Part shown: positions 1 through 12,423 of the stretch, piece after piece
Layout: each line of letters begins with the position of its first letter
How positions within the stretch are numbered: position 1 is the stretch's first letter
Assembly: GCA_964247055.1 (NCBI GenBank)
Contig: OZ176054.1
Location: 1,674,001 to 1,738,000, forward strand
Length of the DNA: 64,000 nt
Source of the DNA: Paragordius varius
Lineage: Eukaryota; Animalia; Nematomorpha
Direction of reading: 5' to 3'
Made by a program: the position numbers and the translations under genes
The notes under the pieces: generated by a model
The model's input: the letters and a program-made list of their open reading frames with translations, nothing else
Database searches by the model: none
What the model was told of the DNA's origin: nothing

Positions 1-2111
1 GTACCTGGGTTTTGAGCCTATTACAATAATAAAATGCCTTAATTTTTGTTTACATTATTTGATTTTTTGGACGATCTCAATAATTTTCAAGAAACAATGA
101 TTGAATAGAGAAAAATGTGTAATGATGCAAATAAGCTCAAAATTGTAACAAATTATTAAAGTTGGAGTTTTGCACACCTCAAGATTATTTTTTTCTTTTT
201 TTTGAAAGTTTAAAATCTATTTTCATTGGAGAATTACACATTACAAAGTAATGCTTGATTTAGATTAACGATTAAATTACAATTTTTGATATCTAATCAG
301 ACGATGGGTAAATAAAAAATTATATAAAGTAATTATATTGTTGCCAAAATGGTAAATAATAAACTTTTTTCCGCCTAATCACTTATCAGAAGTTTGGCGA
401 ACAAACAATTGAGTTATACATTTCAAATTAATTTTTGTATACAGTAATTAGCTAGCAAGTATAGATTTATAAATAATTCAGGAGAATTGGATTTATATTA
501 CAATGTTTACTAAATCGTTGAAAAAAGAAGAACGCTAAAAATCAAACAAGATAATTTGGTCGTAATGTTTGAGAGTGTTTGTAGGAAGAAAATAATTTCT
601 ACCAAAGCAAAATTACAGGAATTTTATTTAGACAATGAGTCACGTAATTGGTTCTTAAAATTGTCCAGCTACTAAGATTGTAACGATAAAAAAAATAAGG
701 CAATATTTTAAAAATATAATCAAAGTAGCCCAGAAATCCTAGAACATATATATCACAGTACACCAAACTGGAGACACAAATATTAAGCTTGATCTAACAT
801 AATATATGATGTTAGAAAAATCTACCACTTTTGGATATACAAATAGATAAAATCGAAAAGTTCCAAATTTAGCGCATATTATGCGAAATTATTTTTTTAT
901 TTTTATATTCTCGTTACATCTGCCTATTTAATCTACAGGACTGAGTGAGATTGTGTGATGTTTAAATGAATGTATGATAAATAATTAACTTCGAACTGCT
1001 TTGTTTTTAGATTTAACATAATATTTTGAAATATCCTACTACCGGTATTAAAATACCATAAAATGTATAATATTTAATGAATAGAAACGAATTTAGCATT
1101 AATAATTATATATTTTTTACTAATACATGCTCAAGAAAGAGCAAATTCATTATAAAAATAATTGATTTTAATATTAAAACATTAGCGATCAATTCTTTTT
1201 TGGGTTTGTTTAAAGAAAACTAGTCCATTTTAGCTGATTTAATCAGCTATTTAAATAATAAATATTGATTGGATTAACCCGATTTTAAACCAATACCTAT
1301 AAAAATGATAATTTATATATTACGTTTCAATATTTTATACATCTTAAAAGATACAAAAATATATTTTTCTTATAATTCCAAAAAATAAAATATATATTAA
1401 TAATATTTATAATAACACAACTTTTATAAGAGTTTCGTAAATTAAATGTCAATCTAAATTTATGTGGATAAATTGGATCCTCCATAATTCAAATAAAAAA
1501 TAACCAAAGAAAATATTTTATCGTGAACAATCTAATATTCAAACTCCCAAAAAACTATTAAATTCGATTGTCTACTGGGAAATCAATGTAGTAATTTTAC
1601 AATTACTTTATATAAATCAATTTTTAAATATATATATATATATATATATATATAATTGCTTTTATATCTATCGGAAATATAAAACGTTATCATTAAATAT
1701 CTAATTTAAAATATAAAAAAATTAACAAGATATCCAAGATGCAGTCCCTGAGCAACTCACTTTGGCGGGCAAAATTCAAAAAATATATTTTTAAAATGAT
1801 CTTTGACTGTTCATTTTATTTTATTTTGATGTATATATATATATAACCTAACTTTAATAAATATTTAAAATATTTTATATACCAGTGAAAAACGATTGAT
1901 CGCGAGTATGAGAGTTATGTGAATAAATTGCTTTAATATTATAAGCATAACAGTTATTTTAAACAAAAGCATGAAAGATATCATCATATAAAAAACTTTT
2001 TAAATAAAAAATTTTTAAAAGTCTTTGAATGAAAATATAATAAGCCAATAAAAAACTCTTTGCTCTCTATCACTAATCTTAGTAAAAAACAATGTGCCGT
2101 ATCTTATAAAT

Positions 2112-2394
2112 CAGTGATGTCCAACACAAATGGCTTCACGACATGTGCATTTTAAACCAAAAAATACAACGGGTCGCATTTGAAATATATATATGGACAT
2201 CCATAAATAGTTTATACGATTTTAAATAAAAGCAAATCATACACAAAATACAATTTCTTTTAGTTCTTGCCAATATCAAAGAGACTGAAAATTTTGCTAA
2301 GATTTGGTGAGCATGTTTTTTCAAATTATGGATTTCCAAATATTTCGTGGGTCGCACACATAAAGTCATAAGAGCCGTATGTTGGACACCCCTG
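2112..2394. mobile_element. hAT-type MITE family A
   Basis: TIRs CAGTGATGTCCAACA / TGTTGGACACCCCTG; degenerate 8-bp flanks with central TA (ttaTAaat / ctcTAact). Related copies elsewhere in the window. Confidence 0.8.
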
Positions 2395-2420
2395 CTCTAA
2401 CTATATCAAAACAATTTGAA

Positions 2421-2652
2421 ATTATACGGACAAAACGTAAAAAATAAAAACATTTTTTTTCAAAAGAGGACAACTTATAGTTGTTTTAAATAAATCTCAA
2501 ACTTTTCAAGCTATAAATTAGAGATGTATTTTTGTAAAACAATCAATTTTGTATTATACAATCATTATATTAAATAGTTTATATAGGAAAAATCACGAAA
2601 AGGTATGGTTGTTTTACCAAAAAAATATTTGTCTTTATTTTGGTCTGTATAA
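2421..2652. mobile_element. MITE family D (ATTATACGGACAAAAC TIR)
   Basis: Left ATTATACGGACAAAACG; right AAGGTATGGTTGT...GGTCTGTATAA; matches 59062-59301. Confidence 0.7.
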
Positions 2653-5465
2653 ATTCAAATTTTATTATATATGCGAAAACAATATTTTTTACACCACAAA
2701 GACGTCCTTTTTATAAACACATAATCTGTTTGATATAATAACTTTTTAACAAAATTGCATTTATAATAAACGACTTAACCCATATACGGCCGCACTCAAG
2801 TATAATATTTTAAATAATCACACAATACTCGATTGTTTTAAGATTCGTAATAAAAACAAAACTGTTATGTTCTAAACTTTTAATTCAACCATATATTTTA
2901 TACGAATAAATGAAGAATTTAACAAAGATAAAACAGAGATTAACGAGTAAAATAATTTTGTGCGGACCTGAGGATTTTTGTGGTTGGACAACCCGAATAT
3001 TAAATATTAATACGTGTAAGAAAAAAATGAAAGCTACAAAATACATTTATTAATAATATATCAAAAAACGTTTTTTAAAAAGCAAAAAATCTTATATAAT
3101 AATATTAAAATGTAGAGTATACTAATTTAAATTAAATTAAGAATGGAAACAATAAAAAAGTGACGTGAGTGAGACTTTATGGACATTTAATTAGTGTAAT
3201 GGGGAAAAAGGCACGAAAATTATATATATATATATATAATATAAAATTAAAAGTAATAAAATGTAATATATTTTTTTTTGAAAAAATTTATAATTTTACA
3301 TTTTTTCACATATAATAATTCTCAATATCATTTTGAACACTTCGCTCAAAAAAGGAATAATGGACCAATTTTAAATATTTGTATTACTTGAAATATCATT
3401 ATACTAAGTAACTTGGTAGTTGACAATTTCCTAGATAAAAATATTTTGACCAAAATTTATGATTCCTTGAAAAGTCAGGTAAGTTCCCGTCTTTAATCGG
3501 CAAACAGGGGAAGATATTGTAAAAATTATACCCATTTATGTTTAACATTACAATAAAATTGAAACTTAACAGGTGATGTGGTAATCATATATTTCATATA
3601 GCGATTATTATTTAATTTTTATAAAAAATTATTGTTACATTGTTATTTCGAATTTTAAACAACGATACCATTATTTATATTTTTATAGTCAAAGAGTTAA
3701 AAGCCACCTATTTAGAGCATAAATTGGGACCGGGTCGGTTTTTTGAAAAATTCGCAAATGCATTAGGAGTTTAGAGAAAAAGGAACCGTAGCTTTTGGAA
3801 TGAGTTAATTTAATAAAAATCTACAAAGTCACAATATATGTATGATCTATTGGCGGAATGAAATTATTGATTAAAATTACTGTCAAATTAATCTAATATT
3901 GTATTAACATTTGAATAATATAAGTTATGTTCTTCTAATGTACTGCGTAACAAATTCCACCCCTAAAGTGTATATAAATCAAGTATATGAAATATATTAA
4001 AGCAATAAAAATCGCTCTAAAGGTAATAACATTGATGTATCGAAATATATAAAACTATTTATTCAAGACTTGATAGCCTTTATGTTTAATTAATTGCTTG
4101 TAAACCTAAAAACACAATAAAAAAAAGTTTTGAAATAAAAATGGCGTTGAAAAAATTTTGGGCGAAAAAAAATTTTTTGAAATATATTTTAGATTTATAA
4201 GTTAAAGCAGATAAGTTTAATAGGGCCGTCCTCTATAGTAGCTTTCATTTCAATTATTTAAAATTAGCCTATTACCCTATTCAGGCTAAAATGGCATTTG
4301 TAAATTCATAGTTTAGATTTGTCGCTTTTAATAATATTTACGCTTAATATAGAGAAAATCAAAACATTAGTATGATAAACTATTATTTCTATGGAGAGAA
4401 GAAAACCTAAGACGGTTAATATTAAATTTTAAGTCAAATAAAATTAAACCTGTGATTAAGTTATTTTAATAAAATTCTGAGTTACAAATTACTGGCTAAC
4501 CCAAATATAAAAGTTATATAATACAAGTATATATTTATATCAAATTGAAAACTTTCAATAAGTATCATGAATGCGAATTATTTTATGTTTTGCCTAAGAC
4601 TTAACATTAAGTTGAAAATTTATATATTTTGAAAATCATACCTTAAATGCAGGAATTACATTTTGTAACATTAAATAAATTATGAAGTAAAAGCTTAAAC
4701 TGTGTGAGGTTTATGGATCTTCGATAAAGAAAAGGGAATTATATATGCAGGCAAAGAGTATATAAGTTATGGTTAACATCAAAATTATGTTAACTGTTAC
4801 AACCTTACAACTTTAAAAAATGTTTATTTAAGTTTTAAAGTCATGCCTAAGTCATTTACAATCTTCCGTTTTAAGTATGCATAGATACATTACCTTATTA
4901 GACAATGCACAAATAGAGCAATTCTAAAATTATTTCAAAATTTTTCATTTATGCCTTAAATTAAATAAATTAATAAATAATCTAAAATTAAATAAAAATA
5001 AAGCCTTTTCTATATCCCATTTGACATCCCTTAAAATAATATTTATAAATAATTTTATTTTGTTTTTTTGTAAAAATTATTAAAATAAAAACAAAACATA
5101 AAAACGTTAAGTACAAAATTTTTCTCAAAAAATGACCAATTTAAATGTCAATTCTTTATTTCCTCAAAACAATAGGTAGCAAGTTTTAAGATTTCGACTA
5201 TTAACTTTTTGTTTTTATATATTAATTAATGTAATAAGGTACTTTTGGTACTTGTGTAAATTAAACTTTGGGGAGGTTGACCTACCAAACTCAGTATTTT
5301 TTTATATTCACGTTTTTTGACAGAAAAAACAAAAACAAATTATAAACAGAATAATTATGAATAATTTATGATATGTATGGGATATAAAAAAATGATTTTA
5401 ATTATTAATAAAAAAATGACTTTACGCAGGTAATTTAGTATATATATATATAATCATTTATAATT

Positions 5466-6120
5466 AAATTTCACCCTTTAACAATTCAAATTCATTCTCG
5501 AACAATTCAAATTCACCCTTATTAATATATTATGTGTTTTCTGGCTAATATAACTCATTATTAAAAAAATCTTTATGGCTTATTTTATAATTTTTTTAGC
5601 ATTATTTTAATTATAAACAAAATTTCTTTTTTTAAAAATATAAAAATTATAGGTAATACAGGGGCGTACCGAGGTGGGGGCAAGGGGGTGCATCATGCCC
5701 CGGGCGCCGTTATTTAGGGGCGCCTAAATGATTTTTAAAATTAAAATTTAATTATGCAAAAATAATAAGAAAATTTTTCAGCAATAAATCCCTATAATAT
5801 ATACTCTATTATGCACCTAATTAGTACCATTGAATAAATTTAGTATTTTTTAAATATATATATTTAATAGATTTAAAATTTATATGAATGTGCTGTCTTA
5901 TATAAGGTCCTAAGGTTACAACGTTTGTATTTTTTTTACTGATTTGTTTTATTGGCTTTTTTTTAAAAAAAGGGGGGGGGGGGGAGGGGGGCGCCATAAA
6001 AGTTTTATGCCCCGGGCGCCGCAAATGCTTGGTACGCCACTGAGGTAATATGTAATTTTAGATAACACATAATTTATTTTAGGGTGAATTCGAATTGTTT
6101 AAGGGTGAAATTGAAGTGTA
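5466..6120. mobile_element. MITE with AATTCAAATTCACCC TIRs, interrupted by the 5659-6042 hAT
   Basis: Left TTCACCCTTTAACAATTCAAATT and right AGGGTGAATTCGAATTGTTTAAGGGTGAA are inverted and match the element at 21248-21460. Confidence 0.7.
5659..6042. mobile_element. Non-autonomous hAT element with perfect 8-bp TSD
   Basis: TIR CAGGGGCGTACC / GGTACGCCACTG (11 of 12 match); TSD AGGTAATA at 5651-5658 and 6043-6050; GC-rich subterminal GCCCCGGGCGCC motifs. Confidence 0.92.
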
Positions 6121-7239
6121 GCTATCAATACCGACATAATTGAGTTTATACTTGTGTTATTTATATGTTAATGGTATTTAATGGAATCTAATCTGTATAC
6201 TTTCAATTTTAAAATTGAAAGTCCAAATTTCTAATTTATATGAAATTTTATAATTACATAACGGTCTGCCAGGGTTATTAAAAAAATTAAAAATAACTTC
6301 TTTGATAATTATTTAGCGATTAAAGGGTTATTGCTAATTATCATAATTTTATTTCAAATTTACAGAAAATCGATACAAGGCGACATAGAGACCAGGCTAA
6401 CAAACAAAACCATAAAATTTTACTTAAAAAGGGTTATGCTATCTCAAATTACACAAATGTTTTAACATAACTAAACTAAATTATCCAATCAGTTAAAGTG
6501 TTAATGATATATTATTATTTATTTTTTGCAAATTAATTCAAATGTTTACTATTTTTTAATCTTAATCATATTACATAACATGATTTAACAATTTTAGCTG
6601 ATATTCTCTAAGAATGAGTACAGCCATGGCCTGAAAATACAGTCAACTTAATTTTAACGGTTAACCTCAATCCTAATTTAAAATCTAACAGTAAATTTAA
6701 CATTAGCAAAATGAAAGCAAAACATTAAATATGGAACTAATTAAAATTCCAATGATACAGAGGATGATAGGATAGATAATATCACAAAAATCATGCTAGA
6801 TAGAAATAACGACAAAATTAATTTAGAAGATTTTTGAAATACCCAACCATATATTTGAAACCTTGAATAGGCTTTGGCTTTGGGCTCAGTAACACAAAAG
6901 CTGAATACATTTTAAATTTTAATTTTAGAAATATTTTATGTAAAAATAATAGAAAATATACCTTTTACCGAATATGTATGAAATGGTTGTTCCAACAAAA
7001 TTTTATTTTAAGCAAAATTATTTATAATAATTACATAATATATTTAATGATTAAATTTATACAATAAATTATTTTAAAAGCCGTTGATTTTTATTTTTAT
7101 AATTATCATTGAGGCAAAATTATAAAACAGATAAATTAATGTTAAATGCATTACATATACATCTTAAAAAGTATATATGTATATATATTATATATATATA
7201 TATACGATATAATGATATATTGTTTTCATGTGATTCAGC

Positions 7240-7275
<36 letters not shown>

Positions 7276-10200
7276 CTTTATAAATCATTTGTAGTTTTTG
7301 ATAATAATAAATACCGTAGTGTAATTAAAAATTTAAATATAACAAAAAAAATGTTTTCGATATAAAAATAAATCTCTTCCATTTCAAAACACCTTTTATT
7401 GTTAAAATCTCCCTCTGAATTAATTAAACTGTGTTTACAATTTCGGACTGTATGACGATTTTACAAAAAAAACTAATCACAACTTGAAATTGTTGTTTTT
7501 ATTTAAATCTTAAAAAAAATCTTTTAATTGAAAAACAAAGTCTTCCAATAGGGGATTATTCAAAACTTTTCCCCACCTTAGAATAATATTAGGAAAAAGA
7601 TACTTGAATTATAAAAAAAATTATATACGCTCCTATCCTATAATAGAGACAGTTGACATTTTGGAATTTATGAAAATAGTAGGTTTTAGTAATTTGGTTA
7701 TATTATGAGACAAAGATTACCTTTTTAGTATGCATTGTTGTTTACAAATATTAATCAAAAAATATCATAAAAACATAGTTGTAATATATCTTCTAAAATG
7801 CTAGTCTCCATTTATTAATCTTTATAGTTCCTTTGAAAATAGATTATATATGAATCCCGATTATTAGGCCCTAGTAAGTTATAATCGTTTTAAGTTAAGT
7901 TAAATTACTACAAACTTACAATATTTTTTAAATTTTTCCGAATTTAGTTTAGTATAGTTGAATATCAGTTCTATTTATTAAAGACATTAAATATTTGGTA
8001 AATCATTTATAACTTTTAAAGTATTTTAAAAGATTTTTAGTGATAAATTGATTGATTTCAAGCATGTTTTAAGATTCATTTTTGCATTGCAAAACATCTG
8101 TTTGTCACACAATTTTAATTCATATGTTGTCAAAAATGTCTAAAATCTATTCTCTATTGTTAAAATAGTGGATTTCCTCTTTTTAGCCATTTTTGAATAA
8201 AACTAATATTTATATAAAAAAAATTGTTAAAAAAAAATAAATAGTTTTATCTATATTTAATTCTGTTTTGGGCCCCTAAATTCAACAGTGATATATAAAT
8301 AGTGCCATTTCGAAAATCATCAAAAGTTTGATAAACTTATCTCAAAAATATAAAAAAATAAAATACTTCATAAATCAGATCTCCATCACATAGAATGATT
8401 TGTGATTAAAATATAATTTTTGATGTAAATAATAGCAAGACTAAACTTAAAAGTTTTAAAAATATTAAAATTAATTCAAATTTACTGGAAAACAGTGAAG
8501 GGGGACTTTCCAAAAAAATGTTACTTATAAAACTAATCATTTAAATAAAGACGCTTTACATTAAAGGATTATTTTTCTCATATAATTTCGTTATGATTTT
8601 TGAAAAGGACACAAGCTATAATATATAGAGATAAAGTTTTTTGTTTAAAGATAAAAAAGGGATTTTTCCTCAAAAAATTATTTTGAAATGATTGGATTGA
8701 TAAGACATAGCTTAATTACAATTTTTGAGAAATTTGAATTACAAAAATCAAAATCTATATAAATTTTATAATATTATTAACAATACCATATAAATCAAGA
8801 TTTTGATTTATATAACTATAAATGTAAATGTTTCTCTTCTAGTAATGCGGATTTGATTTTTCGCATCTGTGCAAATAATTTTAAGGTTGGGTGATGGTGG
8901 TTAGATAAAATATATATATATTAATTATGGCGTAAAGTTTTATCGATAATGTAAATGATATTTGTGTTGAAATTTCATAATTCTAGTTTTATAACAACAC
9001 ATGGGTATTGATTATACATTTCATCAAAAGCAAATCAATCAATTTTGAATTAGTTCATAAAACTTTCTTAACCAAATTATACATAATATCGTGTGCCTTT
9101 ATATCCATATTCTGACATTTCATCTTGTGTAGGTGTTTTCAGTCCTTTCATACCAAATACACAAAAGAGAATTAACTATTTTTAACCCAAAAAGAATTTA
9201 TTTAATCATATGAAGCTAAAATCACAAGCTTGAATCAAATTTAGTTAAGTATTAAGACTGTTTTAAATATTCAATTAATCAGTGTATAGATTGATAAATA
9301 TAAATGTTCTTTTATGGAATTAAAGATAAAAAATGGTGGAGGCTAGTATGTGATTGGTCGCAATAAATTAAACATTTAGATATAATGTTAAAGCCTTATA
9401 ACTGCGTAAGTTTTAAAACTTCCTACCCTGCCCTATAAATGACATATTTCGTATATTTTATAAAGTTTCATAAAAAATTTATACGTCAATATTTTAAATT
9501 TTTTGATAAATATAGATGCAAAATATTACTTTGTTATATGAATCATTGACCATAAGCCCGTGTAAAATGATTTTGTGATATATATCATAAAATAACTCCA
9601 ACTCTGGTATTTATAGTATAGTATATGTTACATAAAAAAGGAAATAACCAAAAATGATTGTGGGATATATAGGATTTTAACTTTTCACTAATTGTTATTA
9701 ATTATGTTTATGTTGTAACATTTATTTTAGGATGTTGATGCGTCTTAATATATATATATATATATATAAGATATATGATTTTTCCCATAAATCAGATAGT
9801 AAATATATTATTGATAATAGATATACAGAGAGTGTAATGCGATGAAAGCTATTAATTTTCTTTTTTAAGGTAGCTTAGCTATAATTTTATAGGTATGACG
9901 GAAATCTTACTCCTAATGTACACTTTTTCAAAACATTGAAAAAAATCTTTGAACGGTAGAAACTAAATTTTTCGGATATAATTTATAATTACATAAATAT
10001 ATATATATTCCAAAATCAAAATCTAATTCCCAACACAAAACTGAGTATCTAAAAAAGCTCCAACTAACATAAATTATTATACAGAAACAACATATAATTT
10101 AAAAATCAATATGTCATATAGGGTTGGATGGCTGGATAGATAGATAGATTACTTAACTTAATTAGATCTCACATTTTATCATAGTATATATAGATTATAT

Positions 10201-11600
10201 AAATGGTTATTAAAGTTACATCACGTATGAACCATATAAAAAACAAATTTATTTTATCTCCTCTACATTGTTGGTTGCTTTCAATATGAAATTCGTGACA
10301 CCTATTTTTTATAAATAATTTTATTAATGGGTCTTTGGGTTTCTAAAATGTCCTTTACATGTTCTATATATTGGAGTATCGAGACTTATGCTATCTGGAT
10401 ATGTGGTATAAATGATACAAAAAACAATTAAAGCACTATCGATTTTTTTCAACACCTTTGCGTGGCGTGGTCATTTTTAAAAATTAATTTTGTTTTGCAA
10501 AATCTGTAAGATATTTTTTTAATCATTTAGCTAAGTCTGATATCGAATTACCTTTAGTTTTCTAAACGCATATCAATAGCATTCTTTAATGAATTGGTTT
10601 ATAAGTAACAGTCTAACTAAAAAACGATTAGAGTATTGCAGATTAGTGTAGAAATATTTCAAAAGATTAGAAAAGGTGTTAAAAGTATCATTTCACCTTC
10701 AAAATAAAACAATAAATCCTTTAAAATAAACCATTTGTATTGATGCTTTTTGGATAAACATATTATCACATATATGACTTTTAATTTAAATTAACATGCA
10801 GAATTCTCTACTATGTTATAGTTTTCGTGAGCTTTCTTCAATAAACATCTTTAAGACAGGAGCTAACTAAGGTTGTCACTATTAATCATTGTGTGATTTT
10901 CACACTGACACCACACAAATTACGCATAGTTCGTAATTAATGTCACACGATTTATTTTTCTTCAAAAAAACATTAAAAATCAATAAAATAACGAATTTCG
11001 GTGCAAAAAACATATATGATGAACAAACCTTAAGGTAACCTCAACGAATTAAAAAGATAAAAAAACTTCATAACAAAATACGTTTATTAGTTTTGAATAA
11101 ACTTTTACTTTTAAAAAAATGCTGCGTCAAGCGTCAAGTACAAAGTAAATATTATATTATATTTTATCAGAAAGTTATAAAAATATTAGAATTTTTATTA
11201 GAATATTATTTTAAAGAAATTTCAATTTTCCGCAACATTGATTTTTGTGTATGCTTTATTTAATTTCTTTTAACAAAGTCATTGAATGGTTTTTTAAAAG
11301 TATTTTTTGAAAAATATCTCAAGTTTTATTTTATAGTGCTATATATAAATGCATATAAAATATTTTATAACAAAAGATAATATATGATACATGAAAAAAA
11401 ATGATTTCCTTTATACATTTAGAGGCCATTTTTTGACAAAAACTTTGCGGTTTTAACGCCATAAATGGTAAATTAAACAAATATGAATCAAACAGCTGAT
11501 TGACAAGGGTTAAATTATTTACAAATTTAACATATATTTGTATTAACAGGATAAAACTGGTTAAAGATTTTGTAAAATATTCATTTATACTGACATAGCG

Positions 11601-12086
11601 TACCATTTGCACTTCAAGAGTGTCCTTGTACACTTCAAGTTGGTTCTTAAAATTTTTTGATTTGAATTCAACAATAATTTTTGCAGTATTTTTTTATTTT
11701 ATTGTTCTTCATTTATATATTTAATTTAAAAATAATTTTTTTGTCCAAAAACCACTTTTTTTGTTTCAAAATATTTTTTTCCAAATAAATAAAATTATTC
11801 ATTTATGAATGTTTTCAATAAAAAATTGGAAATAATAATACATTTACATATTTTTTAATTTCATGTTAAAATCTTATAAATATTTTTTTTAAATATAAGA
11901 AATTAAAAAAGGTGTACGGTATCTGAATGATATAAAGTTGATATTGATTTGAAGTTTTTCAATATCGAAAATAGATTAAGATAAAATAGATGAATGACAG
12001 ACGATTTGATTGATAAAAGTTAACAAAGCAAAAATGTTAAAGGCCAACTTAAGGTGTACAAAAACACTCTTAAAGTGCAAATGGTA
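11601..12086. mobile_element. MITE family C (TACCATTTGCACTT TIR, about 50 bp)
   Basis: TACCATTTGCACTTCAAGAGTGTCCTTGTACAC ... GTGTACAAAAACACTCTTAAAGTGCAAATGGTA. Confidence 0.82.
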
Positions 12087-12423
12087 TATTAAAATCTAAA
12101 TTTAAAGTAAAAACATATATAAATACTACGAATATAAATGTATTATAGTTTATCTACCCTATGAATTACTTTTTACAGAAAGCATCTATATCGACGCTCC
12201 CAATTTTTATAATTTTAAAATAATTTAAATTATGGTCATAAATAATAAAATTAAAATACTAAAAACCCTAATTATATTAAGTTGTAAAAATATATGGATA
12301 AATATATTAGAAAACCTTCTTTAGAAATAAATTTAAGTTAATATCTTGTAGAGACACATATAAGAGAAATTAATAAATTTTATTAGCTAAAAAACAATGT
12401 ATTTTACCAACTCAACAAATTTA

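Noticed and set aside
1725-1780. GC-richer island reading IQDAVPEQLTLAGK, vaguely ubiquitin-like or a Helentron-type AACAAG start
   Set aside because: Too short, with no flanking ORF, no second copy and no terminal structure.
3435-3485. Strong donor CAG|GTAAGT with a short upstream open frame
   Set aside because: No compatible upstream or downstream exon; the preceding candidate exon contains a stop.
5821-6024. ORF-track 67-aa Pro-rich ORF
   Set aside because: It arises from the G-run and subterminal region of the hAT MITE.
6750-6836. EF-hand-like peptide DRNNDKINLEDF
   Set aside because: The spacing is wrong for a canonical loop, it is flanked by stops, and no exon structure was found.
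10868-11032. Possible small TIR element (TAAGGTTGTC...AAACCTTA)
   Set aside because: TIRs are short and imperfect, and the TSD is unconvincing.
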